Below, in pieces: positions 9,788 to 18,507 of a stretch of DNA of 25,176 bases. Below the pieces are notes generated by a model. It worked only from the letters and a program-made list of their open reading frames with translations, did no database searches and had not been told where the DNA came from. Each line of letters opens with the position of its first letter. The stretch's first letter is position 1. This DNA comes from an uncultured delta proteobacterium (GTDB taxonomy: Bacteria; Desulfobacterota; Syntrophobacteria; Syntrophobacterales; Syntrophobacteraceae): the NCBI GenBank assembly GCA_963808625.1, contig CAWEHK010000032.1, positions 1-25,176 of the forward strand, read 5' to 3'. A program made the translations under genes and the position numbers.

Positions 9788-10558
9788 TTACGGTTTGCCG
9801 AAACCATACCGAGAGAGTATCCGTTGCCCCTCGGGACTCATCACAAAGGCCACGAAGCGTTGCCCCAGATCTTTCTTCTTCGACGCTGCAATGACGGCGA
9901 TGGGATAACGGATTGGCTCGTGGTTCCCTATGGTTGCGACGACCTCTACCTTGTCTTTTGCGAGCAGGGCGTCGGTTGCGAAAACAAACCCGGCGTCAAC
10001 CTCTCCTCGATTGACATAATCCAGCACCTGCCGAACCGAATCGCCATGGATGAACTTGGGTGAGAGGGCTTCCCATAAGCCTTCGTTCGCCAAAGCCTCC
10101 TGTGTGTAACGTCCCGCAGGAACCGATTGCGGGTTTCCCAGAGCCACCTTCGTGACCTCTTTCATGGTGAGATCGTGCAGGCCTTTGATGGGGAGGGAGG
10201 CGCCCTTGGGAACAATCAATATCAGTTCGTTACTCACAAAGTCCTTGCGGTCACCCATCGCGAGCAAGTTCTTTTCCTCCCCCTGGTTCATGGTCTTCTG
10301 GTCTGCTGCGGCAAAGACATCGACCGGCGCACCCTTGTCAATCTGTTGCAGCAAAGCGCCGGAAGCCGCAAAATTGAAGACCACCGTGGTTCCCGAATTA
10401 GCCCTCTCGAAGTCCTTGCCAACCTCCGCAAAGGCGTTACTGAGACTGGATGCAGCGGAGACGATCAGTTCCTCGTCGGCGAGTGCGGTTCGAACATTGG
10501 AACCGCACCAGGCCACCAGGGGGAGGATCAGCAGGCAAAGCAGCGTTCGTTCTTTCAC
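9788..10558 (-). CDS. modA: Molybdate ABC transporter periplasmic binding protein
   Basis: Signal peptide, then SAASSL, FAASGAL..QI..GAPVDVF, GNPQSVPAGRY, SVRQVL, GFVFATDA and IRYP. Confidence 0.93.
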   Translation of the reverse strand: MKERTLLCLLILPLVAWCGSNVRTALADEELIVSAASSLSNAFAEVGKDFERANSGTTVVFNFAASGALLQQIDKGAPVDVFAAADQKTMNQGEEKNLLAMGDRKDFVSNELILIVPKGASLPIKGLHDLTMKEVTKVALGNPQSVPAGRYTQEALANEGLWEALSPKFIHGDSVRQVLDYVNRGEVDAGFVFATDALLAKDKVEVVATIGNHEPIRYPIAVIAASKKKDLGQRFVAFVMSPEGQRILSRYGFGKP

Positions 10559-11244
10559 TGTTCGATCTCCTTTAGGTAATTGGTGCGAAAGACTTTTCCG
10601 GAAGTGACCAGGATCACCAGGCAGACCAACGAGGTGATGAGGACCAGGGTTGCTGCGAGATGATCATTTCCGGCCTGGACGGCGTCGTAGACGGCAAGGG
10701 AAAGGGTCTGGGTCTTACCGGGAAGATTGCCCGCCACCATCAAGGTTGCGCCGAACTCACCCATGGCACGGGCGAAAGCGAGCATGGTCCCGGCAAGGAT
10801 TCCGCGCCATGCCAGGGGAAAAGACACCCGAAGGAAGATTTCACCCTCGGATAAACCAAGGGTCCGTGCGGCCTTCTCCAGGTTGTGATCGACCCCTTCG
10901 AAAGCGGCTCGCGCTGCCTTATAGACAAGAGGCAGGGAGACCACCGCTGCAGCCACCACCGCTCCCTGCCACGTGAACATCAGGGAGATTCCGAAAGTCT
11001 CGTTCAGCCAGCGGCCGATCCATCCATTTCGACCTAATATTACAATGAGATAGTAACCGAGTACGGTCGGCGGCATGACCAGCGGTAAGGTCAAAACGGC
11101 ATCCAGCCACTCACGACCCCGGAATTTATGCCGCGCGAGCAAAAAGGCCAGGCCGACACCGACCAGGAATGCCGTGACCGTTGCCGCACTGGCTACCTTT
11201 AAGGTCAACAATAAAGGCGTCAGGGTCTTGATGCCGCTCGTCAT
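10555..11244 (-). CDS. modB: Molybdate ABC transporter permease
   Basis: LPLVMPPTVLGYYL, EAA loop (LEKAARTLG) and FARAMGEFGATLMVAGNLPGKTQT. Confidence 0.93.
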   Translation of the reverse strand: MTSGIKTLTPLLLTLKVASAATVTAFLVGVGLAFLLARHKFRGREWLDAVLTLPLVMPPTVLGYYLIVILGRNGWIGRWLNETFGISLMFTWQGAVVAAAVVSLPLVYKAARAAFEGVDHNLEKAARTLGLSEGEIFLRVSFPLAWRGILAGTMLAFARAMGEFGATLMVAGNLPGKTQTLSLAVYDAVQAGNDHLAATLVLITSLVCLVILVTSGKVFRTNYLKEIEQ

Positions 11245-11268
11245 TACCTCTCATCTCCTCAGGCAATC

Positions 11269-11454
11269 TTATTCGATCTCATCGAGCAGATCACGAATCA
11301 TCCGTTCCAGGAAGGTACAATAATGTAGCTTGAGCCCACCTCTTTCGGCTTGTTCGACCAAAAGGGCCGGTGGAATAATTTCGATGCAGAGCCTTTTCTC
11401 GCCGGGGACCTTCACCTTTGCTCGATATGTTGTCAGGTCAATGACTTCTCCCAC
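11269..11454 (-). CDS. Small hypothetical protein (61 aa)
   Basis: Strong GGAGG RBS before the GTG start; fills the gap between the sigma-54 site and modB; N-terminus MGEVIDLTTYRA. Confidence 0.55.
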   Translation of the reverse strand: MGEVIDLTTYRAKVKVPGEKRLCIEIIPPALLVEQAERGGLKLHYCTFLERMIRDLLDEIE

Positions 11455-11474
11455 AGTTTCCCTCCATTTTAAAA

Positions 11475-11491
11475 AGCAAGCGCGATGCCAA
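11475..11491 (-). promoter_or_regulatory. Sigma-54 (-24/-12) promoter
   Basis: The minus strand reads TTGGCATCGCGCTTGCT (TGGCAY-N5-TTGCW with exact spacing). It is intergenic and points into the small ORF and modBAC. Confidence 0.75.
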
Positions 11492-11496
11492 GTTAT

Positions 11497-13251
11497 TTAA
11501 ACGGTATTTCCATTCAGTACTTGAAGCGTAAAGCTCCCCTCACGATAACGAATCACATTCAAACAGCCGTAATCCTGGTCGATTTCAAACAGCCTGGCTA
11601 ACGACATACCCAAGACCTGGCATAAGATGATCCGGTTGACACCGGCGTGAGCGACAATGAGCACATTGCCCCGGCTGGCGTGAAGAATGTTAAAAAAGGC
11701 CGGGATCACCCGCTCTGTGCAATCCAAAAAGCTTTCACCTCCAGGAGGCCGGTAATGGACCATATCGCGGCCTCTTTCCTCGAACTCCCCCGGGTACCTG
11801 GCGCGCACTTCCTGAAAGGTCAGGCCATCCCACTGGCCCAGGTTAATTTCCCGTAGTTCCGGGCGCTGGACGGGGGTGGGGCAGTTGCGCGTCCCGGCGA
11901 GGATGACGGCGGTTTCGACGGACCGTTTGAGGTCACTGCAGAAGATTGCTGACAGGTGAACGTCTCGGAGTTCGGCCTGCAGTCGCCGGATCTGCTGGAC
12001 TCCTTCTCTGCTCATGGGGTAATCCACTTGGCCGATGAACCGCTTGCCGCCTTCTTCAACCTGAACAGCCCCATGCCTGACCAGGAAAATTTTTCTTTCG
12101 CCGCTGTTGGAAACGGCCTCGAGGTTCCTCTTATACCTTTGAATGATTTGTTCCAGCGGTTGCCCCAGCAACTCCTCAGCGGTCGCCTGGATGAGCCGGG
12201 CATCGGTCAGGCGCTTGACAACCGCTTTCAGGATTTTAGGGGTCCTCGCGTATTTCTCGAGGGCGCCCGCGAAGCGATCCTCAAATGAGACCAGTTGGTC
12301 GCCGGCAACGTACTTATCCGCCAGATAAACCAGGTCCGCTTCCCGCAGTGTTTCCTTCCCATGACTGATATCCATGTGCGACGCTGCCACTTCCGCGACG
12401 CGCGGATATCCGAGCTTCACCAGCAGTTTGCCGGCCCTTCGGGCATGATCGGGTTGGCCCTTGGCGATATCGTGCAGAAAGCCTGCTGCCACAATGAGAT
12501 TCAAATTCAGGCCCAGTCCCGCCAGGTTAAGGTGCACCGCCAGCAGGCGTGCCAACTGGGATACCACCCGGGAATGGGCGATCACCCTCTCGGGAACGCG
12601 ATAATGAACCCACACCGCCTCGCATTCACGGTCCGTCGGAATGTCTTCCCTTTCGGCGTAGGCGCGTATTTGTTCATAGTCAGCAGGCGTGTCACAATCC
12701 ATGAGGATTGCCTGGTCCACCACCTCGACCTCCCTGGCCATGGGTTCATATTGCGTGAGGAAAGCCCTCAATCCCCCCGGGTAGTTGATCGGCAGGTCTT
12801 TTGGAATGCACTTGGTGGAAATGAGAGGGGGGTGGCCCCGCTGTTCTTGGAACCGCGGATAAATGATTGCCGAACCGCAATCAGCGTAAGCTCTCGCGAG
12901 TGTTTGAAGGGTTTTCGGTTTAACGAGCGGAATGTCCACCGGAAGCAAAAAAAAGGCATCGACACTGGATTCCAGGCTTCTTATTCCCGCCAGGACCGAG
13001 GAGAGCATGCCGATCTCGTACTGCTCATTAAGCACCCAGCGAATCCCCAGGCGATCGAGAATCGGGATGATCTCACCGGCCTTATACCCCACCACCACCC
13101 GTATGTCCGTAATTCCGGCCTTGGCAAAACGGGCTATGGCTTGCTCCAAAACGGTGGAACCTCCGACCGGCAGGAGGGGTTTGAAGGCTCCCATTCGCGA
13201 CGAATATCCCGCAGCGAGAATCAGGGCGCACAGCCTTGCTTTCGCCATCAC
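11497..13251 (-). CDS. MocA/MobA-like nucleotidyltransferase + HD domain + histidine-phosphatase fusion (DVU_1551-like)
   Basis: ILAAGYSSRMG..KPLL, LPVDIP, GHPPLI and DCDTPADY (NTP transferase); HSRVV..LHDIAK..H..H..YLADK (HD); LVRHG..SDLKRS..LREINLGQWDG..GGES..AHAGV (His phosphatase). Alternative ATG start at 13248. Confidence 0.88.
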   Translation of the reverse strand: MMAKARLCALILAAGYSSRMGAFKPLLPVGGSTVLEQAIARFAKAGITDIRVVVGYKAGEIIPILDRLGIRWVLNEQYEIGMLSSVLAGIRSLESSVDAFFLLPVDIPLVKPKTLQTLARAYADCGSAIIYPRFQEQRGHPPLISTKCIPKDLPINYPGGLRAFLTQYEPMAREVEVVDQAILMDCDTPADYEQIRAYAEREDIPTDRECEAVWVHYRVPERVIAHSRVVSQLARLLAVHLNLAGLGLNLNLIVAAGFLHDIAKGQPDHARRAGKLLVKLGYPRVAEVAASHMDISHGKETLREADLVYLADKYVAGDQLVSFEDRFAGALEKYARTPKILKAVVKRLTDARLIQATAEELLGQPLEQIIQRYKRNLEAVSNSGERKIFLVRHGAVQVEEGGKRFIGQVDYPMSREGVQQIRRLQAELRDVHLSAIFCSDLKRSVETAVILAGTRNCPTPVQRPELREINLGQWDGLTFQEVRARYPGEFEERGRDMVHYRPPGGESFLDCTERVIPAFFNILHASRGNVLIVAHAGVNRIILCQVLGMSLARLFEIDQDYGCLNVIRYREGSFTLQVLNGNTV

Positions 13252-14288
13252 TGAGCGCGTCCGGCCCGGGCCTGGATCAATTCCGCCACAATACAGGCCG
13301 CAATCTCCTCGGGGGTTTCTGCGCCGATATTCAACCCAATGGGGGAATGAACGCGGGCGAAATCCTCAGCGGTAAATCCCTCCTCGGCGAGTACCTGATA
13401 GGTGGCATCCCGCTTTCTTCTGCTGCCAATCATGCCGATATATCCCGCACCCGTTTTCAGTGCCTGTGCCAGAACGGTCTTGTCGTGAACGTGGCCGCGC
13501 GTCACGATCACGAGGTAGCTCTCTTCGTCAACAGCCTGATCTTTCATGGCTTCATCGAAGGATTTCAGCACCACGATGCCGTCGGCTGTACCCAAGAGCT
13601 CCCGGTTGGCGAATTCTTCCCGGTCATCGAGGACCACCGTGCGAAAGCCGACAAATTTCGTCAAGTGGGCAAGCTTCTGGCCAATATGTCCGGCCCCGAA
13701 AATGTACACGGTCCCCTCCGACGAGAGGGGTTCGATGAAGAAGCGCTTCCCTTCATGGGTGACGACGCTGGGCTGCGTTGAACTGGCCTCCACAAGAAGC
13801 TCTTTCAAGCGCAACAACCCCTCATCGTCAAAAGATCCGCCACCGTCCTTGAAAACATAAATCGCCGGGGGGCCATCGCTCACTTCTTCATCAGGAAGCA
13901 TGATGGTCAGCCACGCCCGTCTTTTCGAGGCCAGGGTGGCCAGAAGTTCCTGATAAAGCGCCAGGCGAGCTGGTTGAGAGGCATCCTCCCGATGCAGGAG
14001 AAATTCCACATCGCCGCCGCAGATCATCCCGATCGGGGTGGGACCTTCACGGTTCAGCGAATACTTTCCGACCATGGTCTTACCCGATTGGAAGACCTCT
14101 CTGGCCAGTTGCTGAACTCTGGCTTCCAGCACCCCGCCGCCAATGCTCCCGATGATCGAACCGTCGCCGCGGATGACCATCCGCGATCCCACATCCCGCG
14201 GAGCCGAGCCACATCGGCTGAGAATCGTAGCCAGGACGAGGCTCTCCTCCTCCCGCAACAACTCTACAATGCTTTCAAAAATAGTCAT
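13248..14288 (-). CDS. xdhC: XdhC/CoxI-family Moco chaperone for xanthine-oxidase-family enzymes
   Basis: GSAPR..GSIGGG..E, GMICGG, FGAGHI, DDREEFAN, VTRGH..D, YIGMIGS and SPIGLNIGAETPEEIA. ATG 14288 follows GAGG; the track start is 14303. Confidence 0.92.
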   Translation of the reverse strand: MTIFESIVELLREEESLVLATILSRCGSAPRDVGSRMVIRGDGSIIGSIGGGVLEARVQQLAREVFQSGKTMVGKYSLNREGPTPIGMICGGDVEFLLHREDASQPARLALYQELLATLASKRRAWLTIMLPDEEVSDGPPAIYVFKDGGGSFDDEGLLRLKELLVEASSTQPSVVTHEGKRFFIEPLSSEGTVYIFGAGHIGQKLAHLTKFVGFRTVVLDDREEFANRELLGTADGIVVLKSFDEAMKDQAVDEESYLVIVTRGHVHDKTVLAQALKTGAGYIGMIGSRRKRDATYQVLAEEGFTAEDFARVHSPIGLNIGAETPEEIAACIVAELIQARAGRAQ

Positions 14289-14299
14289 GATAAGAATCC

Positions 14300-15646
14300 T
14301 CAACTCCTAATGATGGTGATGGTTCGCTTGCTGCTGCCAGATAACGGGTGAGGGGTTCCTTTCCGGACGGTTGTTGAAACCGCAATCGTTCCTTCCTGTA
14401 CGGCAATTCGCAAGTCCGGAATGCCATGCAAAGCTCGGTAAATATCATCCGTTCTGCGTTCACCGTTCTCATCCAGCACGGTTGCTGTGATTTTCAGGTG
14501 GTTCATGCCTTGCTCGTGGGTGAACGCAGCCGAAAAATCGAGGAGCCCCTCGATTGGGAAAAGCGCTTCATCCAGATCTGCCATCGTCAGCACCTTTCCG
14601 GACGCGAGATCAACCGAGTCTTGAATGCGTCCCCTCACGCATGCCATGGCCTTCAAAACCGTCCCACATGAGCATGGCTCGGTGATAAACCGACTCAAAT
14701 CACCCGTGCGATACCTGATCAGCGGCATGCCCCGCCGGGTAAGCGTCGTAAAGACCACCTCTCCCGTCTTGCCGTCCGGCAACGGCTCGCCCGTCTTCGG
14801 GTCGACGATTTCAAAATAAAGATCCGCTTCCCGCATGTGATAACCTTGTCTTGCCTCGCACTCAACGCCACCGCCAAACCCCATCTCCGTCATGCCATAA
14901 TGGGTGTAAACCTCACAGCCCCAGATCAAGTGCAGCTCTTTCTTTATGGAATCCGGAACATAGTCGGTGCTCAGCAACACGCTTCGAGGGGCCGGCCTTC
15001 CCTTGCTGTACCTGGCGAGGGCAAGGACCTGCACCGGAATGCCAACCAGAGCATCGATGCCTTCCCTGACCATAACCTCTAACGCCTCGGGATAATCCTG
15101 AACGGGCCCATAGACTACCGCTGATGTGCCGAGACGTTGGAGTCCCGTGGCCAGCAAATCTCCCACGCTGCCGGGACGCTCGCCTGGCAAGAGAATCAGC
15201 ACACGCTCGCCGGGGCTTACCAGGGTGGACATACCCCTGTGGAAGAAATCAACCGTAAGCTCCTGGTCCTCCCCGGTGAAATAGATTCGCTTGGGCATGC
15301 CTGTTGTCCCTGAGGTGTGGAGCGTTACCACCCGATTGATTTCGCTTTGCGAGACACACAAAAAATGCAGAGGGTTTTGCCTGATATCCTCAGCGGTAGT
15401 GAAGGGAATGCGGTGAAAGTCTCCGAGACCGCGGAATTCCCTTTCGCTCAGACCGGCAAGATGCCTTCTGTAGAAGGAGCTTTTTGTCCTGGCCCAGGCA
15501 AACGTCTCTTGGAGCATTAGCCGCTGGTGGTGTTCAATTTTTTCTCTGGTGAGCGGGTCCGAGCCACTGCCTATCTTGCCCGAAACCCAGCTCTCCAGCG
15601 GAGTCCTCTTCATGGCACTCTTCCCAGTAAGAATTCGCGCGTTCAT
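14300..15646 (-). CDS. PaaK-like (phenylacetate-CoA ligase family) adenylate-forming ligase, substrate unknown (DVU_1553-like)
   Basis: SSFYR, IPFT, P-loop HTSGTTGMPKR, HYGMTE, EIVDP..G..GEVVFTTL..GMPLIRYRTGD and CSCG..GR. Confidence 0.85.
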   Translation of the reverse strand: MNARILTGKSAMKRTPLESWVSGKIGSGSDPLTREKIEHHQRLMLQETFAWARTKSSFYRRHLAGLSEREFRGLGDFHRIPFTTAEDIRQNPLHFLCVSQSEINRVVTLHTSGTTGMPKRIYFTGEDQELTVDFFHRGMSTLVSPGERVLILLPGERPGSVGDLLATGLQRLGTSAVVYGPVQDYPEALEVMVREGIDALVGIPVQVLALARYSKGRPAPRSVLLSTDYVPDSIKKELHLIWGCEVYTHYGMTEMGFGGGVECEARQGYHMREADLYFEIVDPKTGEPLPDGKTGEVVFTTLTRRGMPLIRYRTGDLSRFITEPCSCGTVLKAMACVRGRIQDSVDLASGKVLTMADLDEALFPIEGLLDFSAAFTHEQGMNHLKITATVLDENGERRTDDIYRALHGIPDLRIAVQEGTIAVSTTVRKGTPHPLSGSSKRTITIIRS

Positions 15647-17028
15647 CTTTCATCGGTAAGGGGAATTTGAGAACCCTTTCGGTAAAGGGGTCGCCCCTTG
15701 CTGTCAGTGAGATTGTAAGCACAAAAGGGGATGAGCCTGCCATCGGGATGGAGGACGTGGAGGTGGCATTCCCTGAGACGTTGCAGGTCGAGGTTCCAGG
15801 CATCTTGAAAGGCCATGCCGGAAAGGCAGAAGGAATGCGTCCGAATGCGCTCCAGGAAAAGATCCCACCCGCCAAGGCTGGGCCCTTTTTCCTGCGAGCA
15901 ACAGGAACTACCGGGAGATGCCCAGAACTGCTTCTGAAACTGCTGAGCCTTAACCGCCCCCAACCCTCCATCTTTACCCTGACAGCAGGCACCCCCAGAG
16001 TTATGCGCGGTCCAGGGCTTGAGTTCCCCTCCCGGCATGAGCACAAAATTCCCATGGAATGAGCAGTGCCAGTGCTCCGAGCCGGGCGGTCGGAAGTGCT
16101 CCGTTTTGATCATCGCATCCGTCTGCTTCTCGATTTCGGTTATGATCTCGGGAATGGTAATCCGGAGGTGGTCTCGGAAGAGACCGTTGTACCGGCCAAA
16201 ATAACTCATCGGCTGGAAGTGCACTCCCCGAACCATGGGCAGCCGGGTCCTGGCGAATTCGATGATGGCGCCAATCTGGTGGATATTGACGCCGGGAACC
16301 AGGGTCGGCACCAGGATCACCCCCAGTTCGTGTTCCAAGCAATGTTGGATCGCGCGTTCCTTTTCATAGAAAAGCGGCCGGCCCCTCAGTTTTTCGTAGA
16401 TTTCATCTTCAAGACCGTCAAACTGTAAGAACACGCATGATAGCCCGGCTTCCTTGAGCCGCCTGACGTAGCCCGGTTCCCGAGCCAAACGGAGCCCGTT
16501 GGTGTTGAGCTGGATAAAGTCAAACCCCATGGAGCGCCCAAGGGAGATAATTTCGGCCAGGTCTTCGCGAACCGTTGGCTCCCCTCCCGAAAGCTGCACA
16601 TTGTAGGGGCCTCCGGCGGCCAGAAGGGCCTGGTACATCCCTTGAATCCCGCGGAAATCCGGGTCATCGTCGCCGCCATTGCCGGAATCGGCAAAACAAA
16701 CATTACACTTGAGATCACACCGCTGGGTCACCTCAATCAAGGTACAACAGGTCTGCTGGCGATGTTCGGGGCAAAGGCCACAGTCCCAGGGACAACCTCG
16801 TTCCACGGTGGTCAAGGGGGCTCGGGGGTAGGCGGGGAGCTTCGGCCTGCTCCAGGAGGCATGCGAAGGCTCGCCCCGCCAGATCACAGCCTCGAAGGGA
16901 CCATGCTCAGGGCAGCGTTTCTTGAGCACGACCTGATCACCCTCAGCAACTCTCCGGGCCGGTATGCGAACAAAGCATTCCGGGCAAACGCTCTCTGTTT
17001 GGGAAAGAACGATCTCACCTGCCATCAT
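15643..17028 (-). CDS. trsS: Radical SAM protein with Tes/MJ0619-like motifs (TrsS/DVU_1554-like)
   Basis: Core CDLKCNVC, QLSGGEPT, NTNG and LQFDG; N-terminal TESVCPEC..KRCPEHG and CPWDCGLCPEH; C-terminal HCSFH, RLRECH and IPFCAYN. The symbol rests on recalled family and synteny, not on a search. Confidence 0.85.
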   Translation of the reverse strand: MMAGEIVLSQTESVCPECFVRIPARRVAEGDQVVLKKRCPEHGPFEAVIWRGEPSHASWSRPKLPAYPRAPLTTVERGCPWDCGLCPEHRQQTCCTLIEVTQRCDLKCNVCFADSGNGGDDDPDFRGIQGMYQALLAAGGPYNVQLSGGEPTVREDLAEIISLGRSMGFDFIQLNTNGLRLAREPGYVRRLKEAGLSCVFLQFDGLEDEIYEKLRGRPLFYEKERAIQHCLEHELGVILVPTLVPGVNIHQIGAIIEFARTRLPMVRGVHFQPMSYFGRYNGLFRDHLRITIPEIITEIEKQTDAMIKTEHFRPPGSEHWHCSFHGNFVLMPGGELKPWTAHNSGGACCQGKDGGLGAVKAQQFQKQFWASPGSSCCSQEKGPSLGGWDLFLERIRTHSFCLSGMAFQDAWNLDLQRLRECHLHVLHPDGRLIPFCAYNLTDSKGRPLYRKGSQIPLTDER

Positions 17029-17468
17029 TTCCCACCGGAAAGGTCAAAGCCGTATTCGATCAACAGGGCTTTCGCTTTCTCATAGGTTCCGAGCACCATG
17101 TTTGGGCATCTCGCCGTACGGTTCCTGGGATCATCCCCCAGAATGATTTCGCAGCGAATTCCCCCAAAGAGCTTGCCATATTCCTCTGAGAACCAGTCCA
17201 CCAGCTCGCTGACCATGAGGTTCAGCTTTTCGTCTTCCTGCTCCTCGGGAGTCCCTCTGCCAGCGTATAGTCCCAGCAAACAGGCGCCGCCGGTGAGGGC
17301 GCCGCAGGTATCCCCGGTAAAACCCAACCCTCCTGCGAGCGCGGACATGGCCCGAATCAACTCCGGGTTGCTTTTGCCCTGGGCCTCCAGACCCATAAAG
17401 AGCAAGATCTGGCTGCAATAAAATCCCTGGCCCGCCAGTTGAATCATCCGAAGCATTTCATCGGTCAC
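17025..17468 (-). CDS. C-GCAxxG-C-C family putative redox/metal-binding protein (DVU_1555-like)
   Basis: FYCSQ, GGLG..TCGALTGG, IRCE and RCP give the four-Cys pattern. GAGGAGG RBS before GTG. Confidence 0.88.
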   Translation of the reverse strand: MTDEMLRMIQLAGQGFYCSQILLFMGLEAQGKSNPELIRAMSALAGGLGFTGDTCGALTGGACLLGLYAGRGTPEEQEDEKLNLMVSELVDWFSEEYGKLFGGIRCEIILGDDPRNRTARCPNMVLGTYEKAKALLIEYGFDLSGGK

Positions 17469-17489
17469 GACTGCACCTCCTCATCAATT

Positions 17490-18251
17490 TCACGTCGCAG
17501 AAAGGCCCGCTCTCCTGGTGCCGGTCGCCTTCCGGGCCACGCACAAAAAGTATCCTGGCTTAGCCTGGGCAATGGCTTCGAACGTGGCGGAGCACCAGTC
17601 GCCATTGCCTTTACCTTGATCAGCGGGACACCAGAACTGCGGCACCGTACCGTGGGACAGAATGAGCTGAGCGACGAATTCCTTCAGGGCGCGAGACTGA
17701 TCTTCCCAAAACGTCACCTGAAAGCCATGGGCATTCAATTTCTTGGTCAGCTCTTCCCTGCTTAGGATTCCGGTGAAGCGACAATCCGGCAGCAGACCAC
17801 AACCGCCGCCGGCAACAGAGGAATCCCTGTTATACACATCACTCAGAATGAGCCGCCCGGTATCCGTCAATACCCGGGAGCATTCTCCAAGCACTCCGTC
17901 AGCGTTCTTCGCCACGGAAAGGCTGCATTCGACAAAAACCCCATCCCATACCGAATCCGCGAAGGGGAGATCCTCTCCGACAGCCAGCACCAGGGGCAAG
18001 CGATGGTTTCTCCGGTGGCCGTATTCCAGGAGAACCGAGGACGGATCAATCCCTACGGCACGCAGTCGGTGACGGCTCATCAAGTGTTCCACCGTACCTC
18101 CGGCGCCACATCCTACATCCAGGATGCGAGCGCCAGGGGGGAACAGGCAGAAAGAGAGTGTTCTTTCGGTTAGCGCAAGCCCGCCAGGCCTGAGAAACTC
18201 ACCGGCGGCGCCACTTGCAGCTAATTTTTCATATATTTCGGTTGCTGTCAT
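17490..18251 (-). CDS. Class I SAM-dependent methyltransferase (DVU_1556-like)
   Basis: LRPGGLALT, ILDVGCGAG, GIDPS, EDLPFAD and RVL..GRLILSD. ATG 18251 chosen because the longer track ORF overlaps the upstream gene. Confidence 0.88.
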   Translation of the reverse strand: MTATEIYEKLAASGAAGEFLRPGGLALTERTLSFCLFPPGARILDVGCGAGGTVEHLMSRHRLRAVGIDPSSVLLEYGHRRNHRLPLVLAVGEDLPFADSVWDGVFVECSLSVAKNADGVLGECSRVLTDTGRLILSDVYNRDSSVAGGGCGLLPDCRFTGILSREELTKKLNAHGFQVTFWEDQSRALKEFVAQLILSHGTVPQFWCPADQGKGNGDWCSATFEAIAQAKPGYFLCVARKATGTRRAGLSAT

Positions 18252-18294
18252 GATCCACTGCCGACGATCCCAGAACAATGAGCGAAGAGGTTCC

Positions 18295-18507
18295 CTACTT
18301 ATCTTCGAGGATCCTTTCCACTTCGGCCATCTTCCCCAGGGCGAGAGCTTCGGGGATGAACCCCTGCCCACACTGGGGACATTGAAGCAAATCCACGGGA
18401 AACATGCTTCCGAGATAGGCGATGTTGACCTTTCCCATCTGCAACGGAAGGTCACATCTCAGACACTGGAGAGTGGCGCCCTCGGGCGAGCTGTCTTGTT
18501 GGTTCAT
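18295..18507 (-). CDS. Small CxxC-CxxC (zinc-ribbon-like) protein (DVU_1557-like)
   Basis: CLRC..CPQCG; the start overlaps the upstream stop (ATGA) and follows a GGAGG RBS. Confidence 0.8.
   Translation of the reverse strand: MNQQDSSPEGATLQCLRCDLPLQMGKVNIAYLGSMFPVDLLQCPQCGQGFIPEALALGKMAEVERILEDK

Noticed and set aside
12295..13254. Long antisense ORFs (also 875-1717, 21184-22323, 22718-23557)
   Set aside because: Shadow frames of GC-rich genes whose opposite strand carries clear family motifs.
18252..18455. N-terminal extension of the methyltransferase ORF
   Set aside because: It overlaps the CxxC-CxxC gene in another frame; methyltransferase-like sequence starts after ATG 18251.
15643..18507. 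Hidden selenocysteine codons in the radical SAM or Cys-rich accessory genes
   Set aside because: The frames are open and end after complete domains; the TGA stops overlap or closely precede the next start, so read-through is not indicated.
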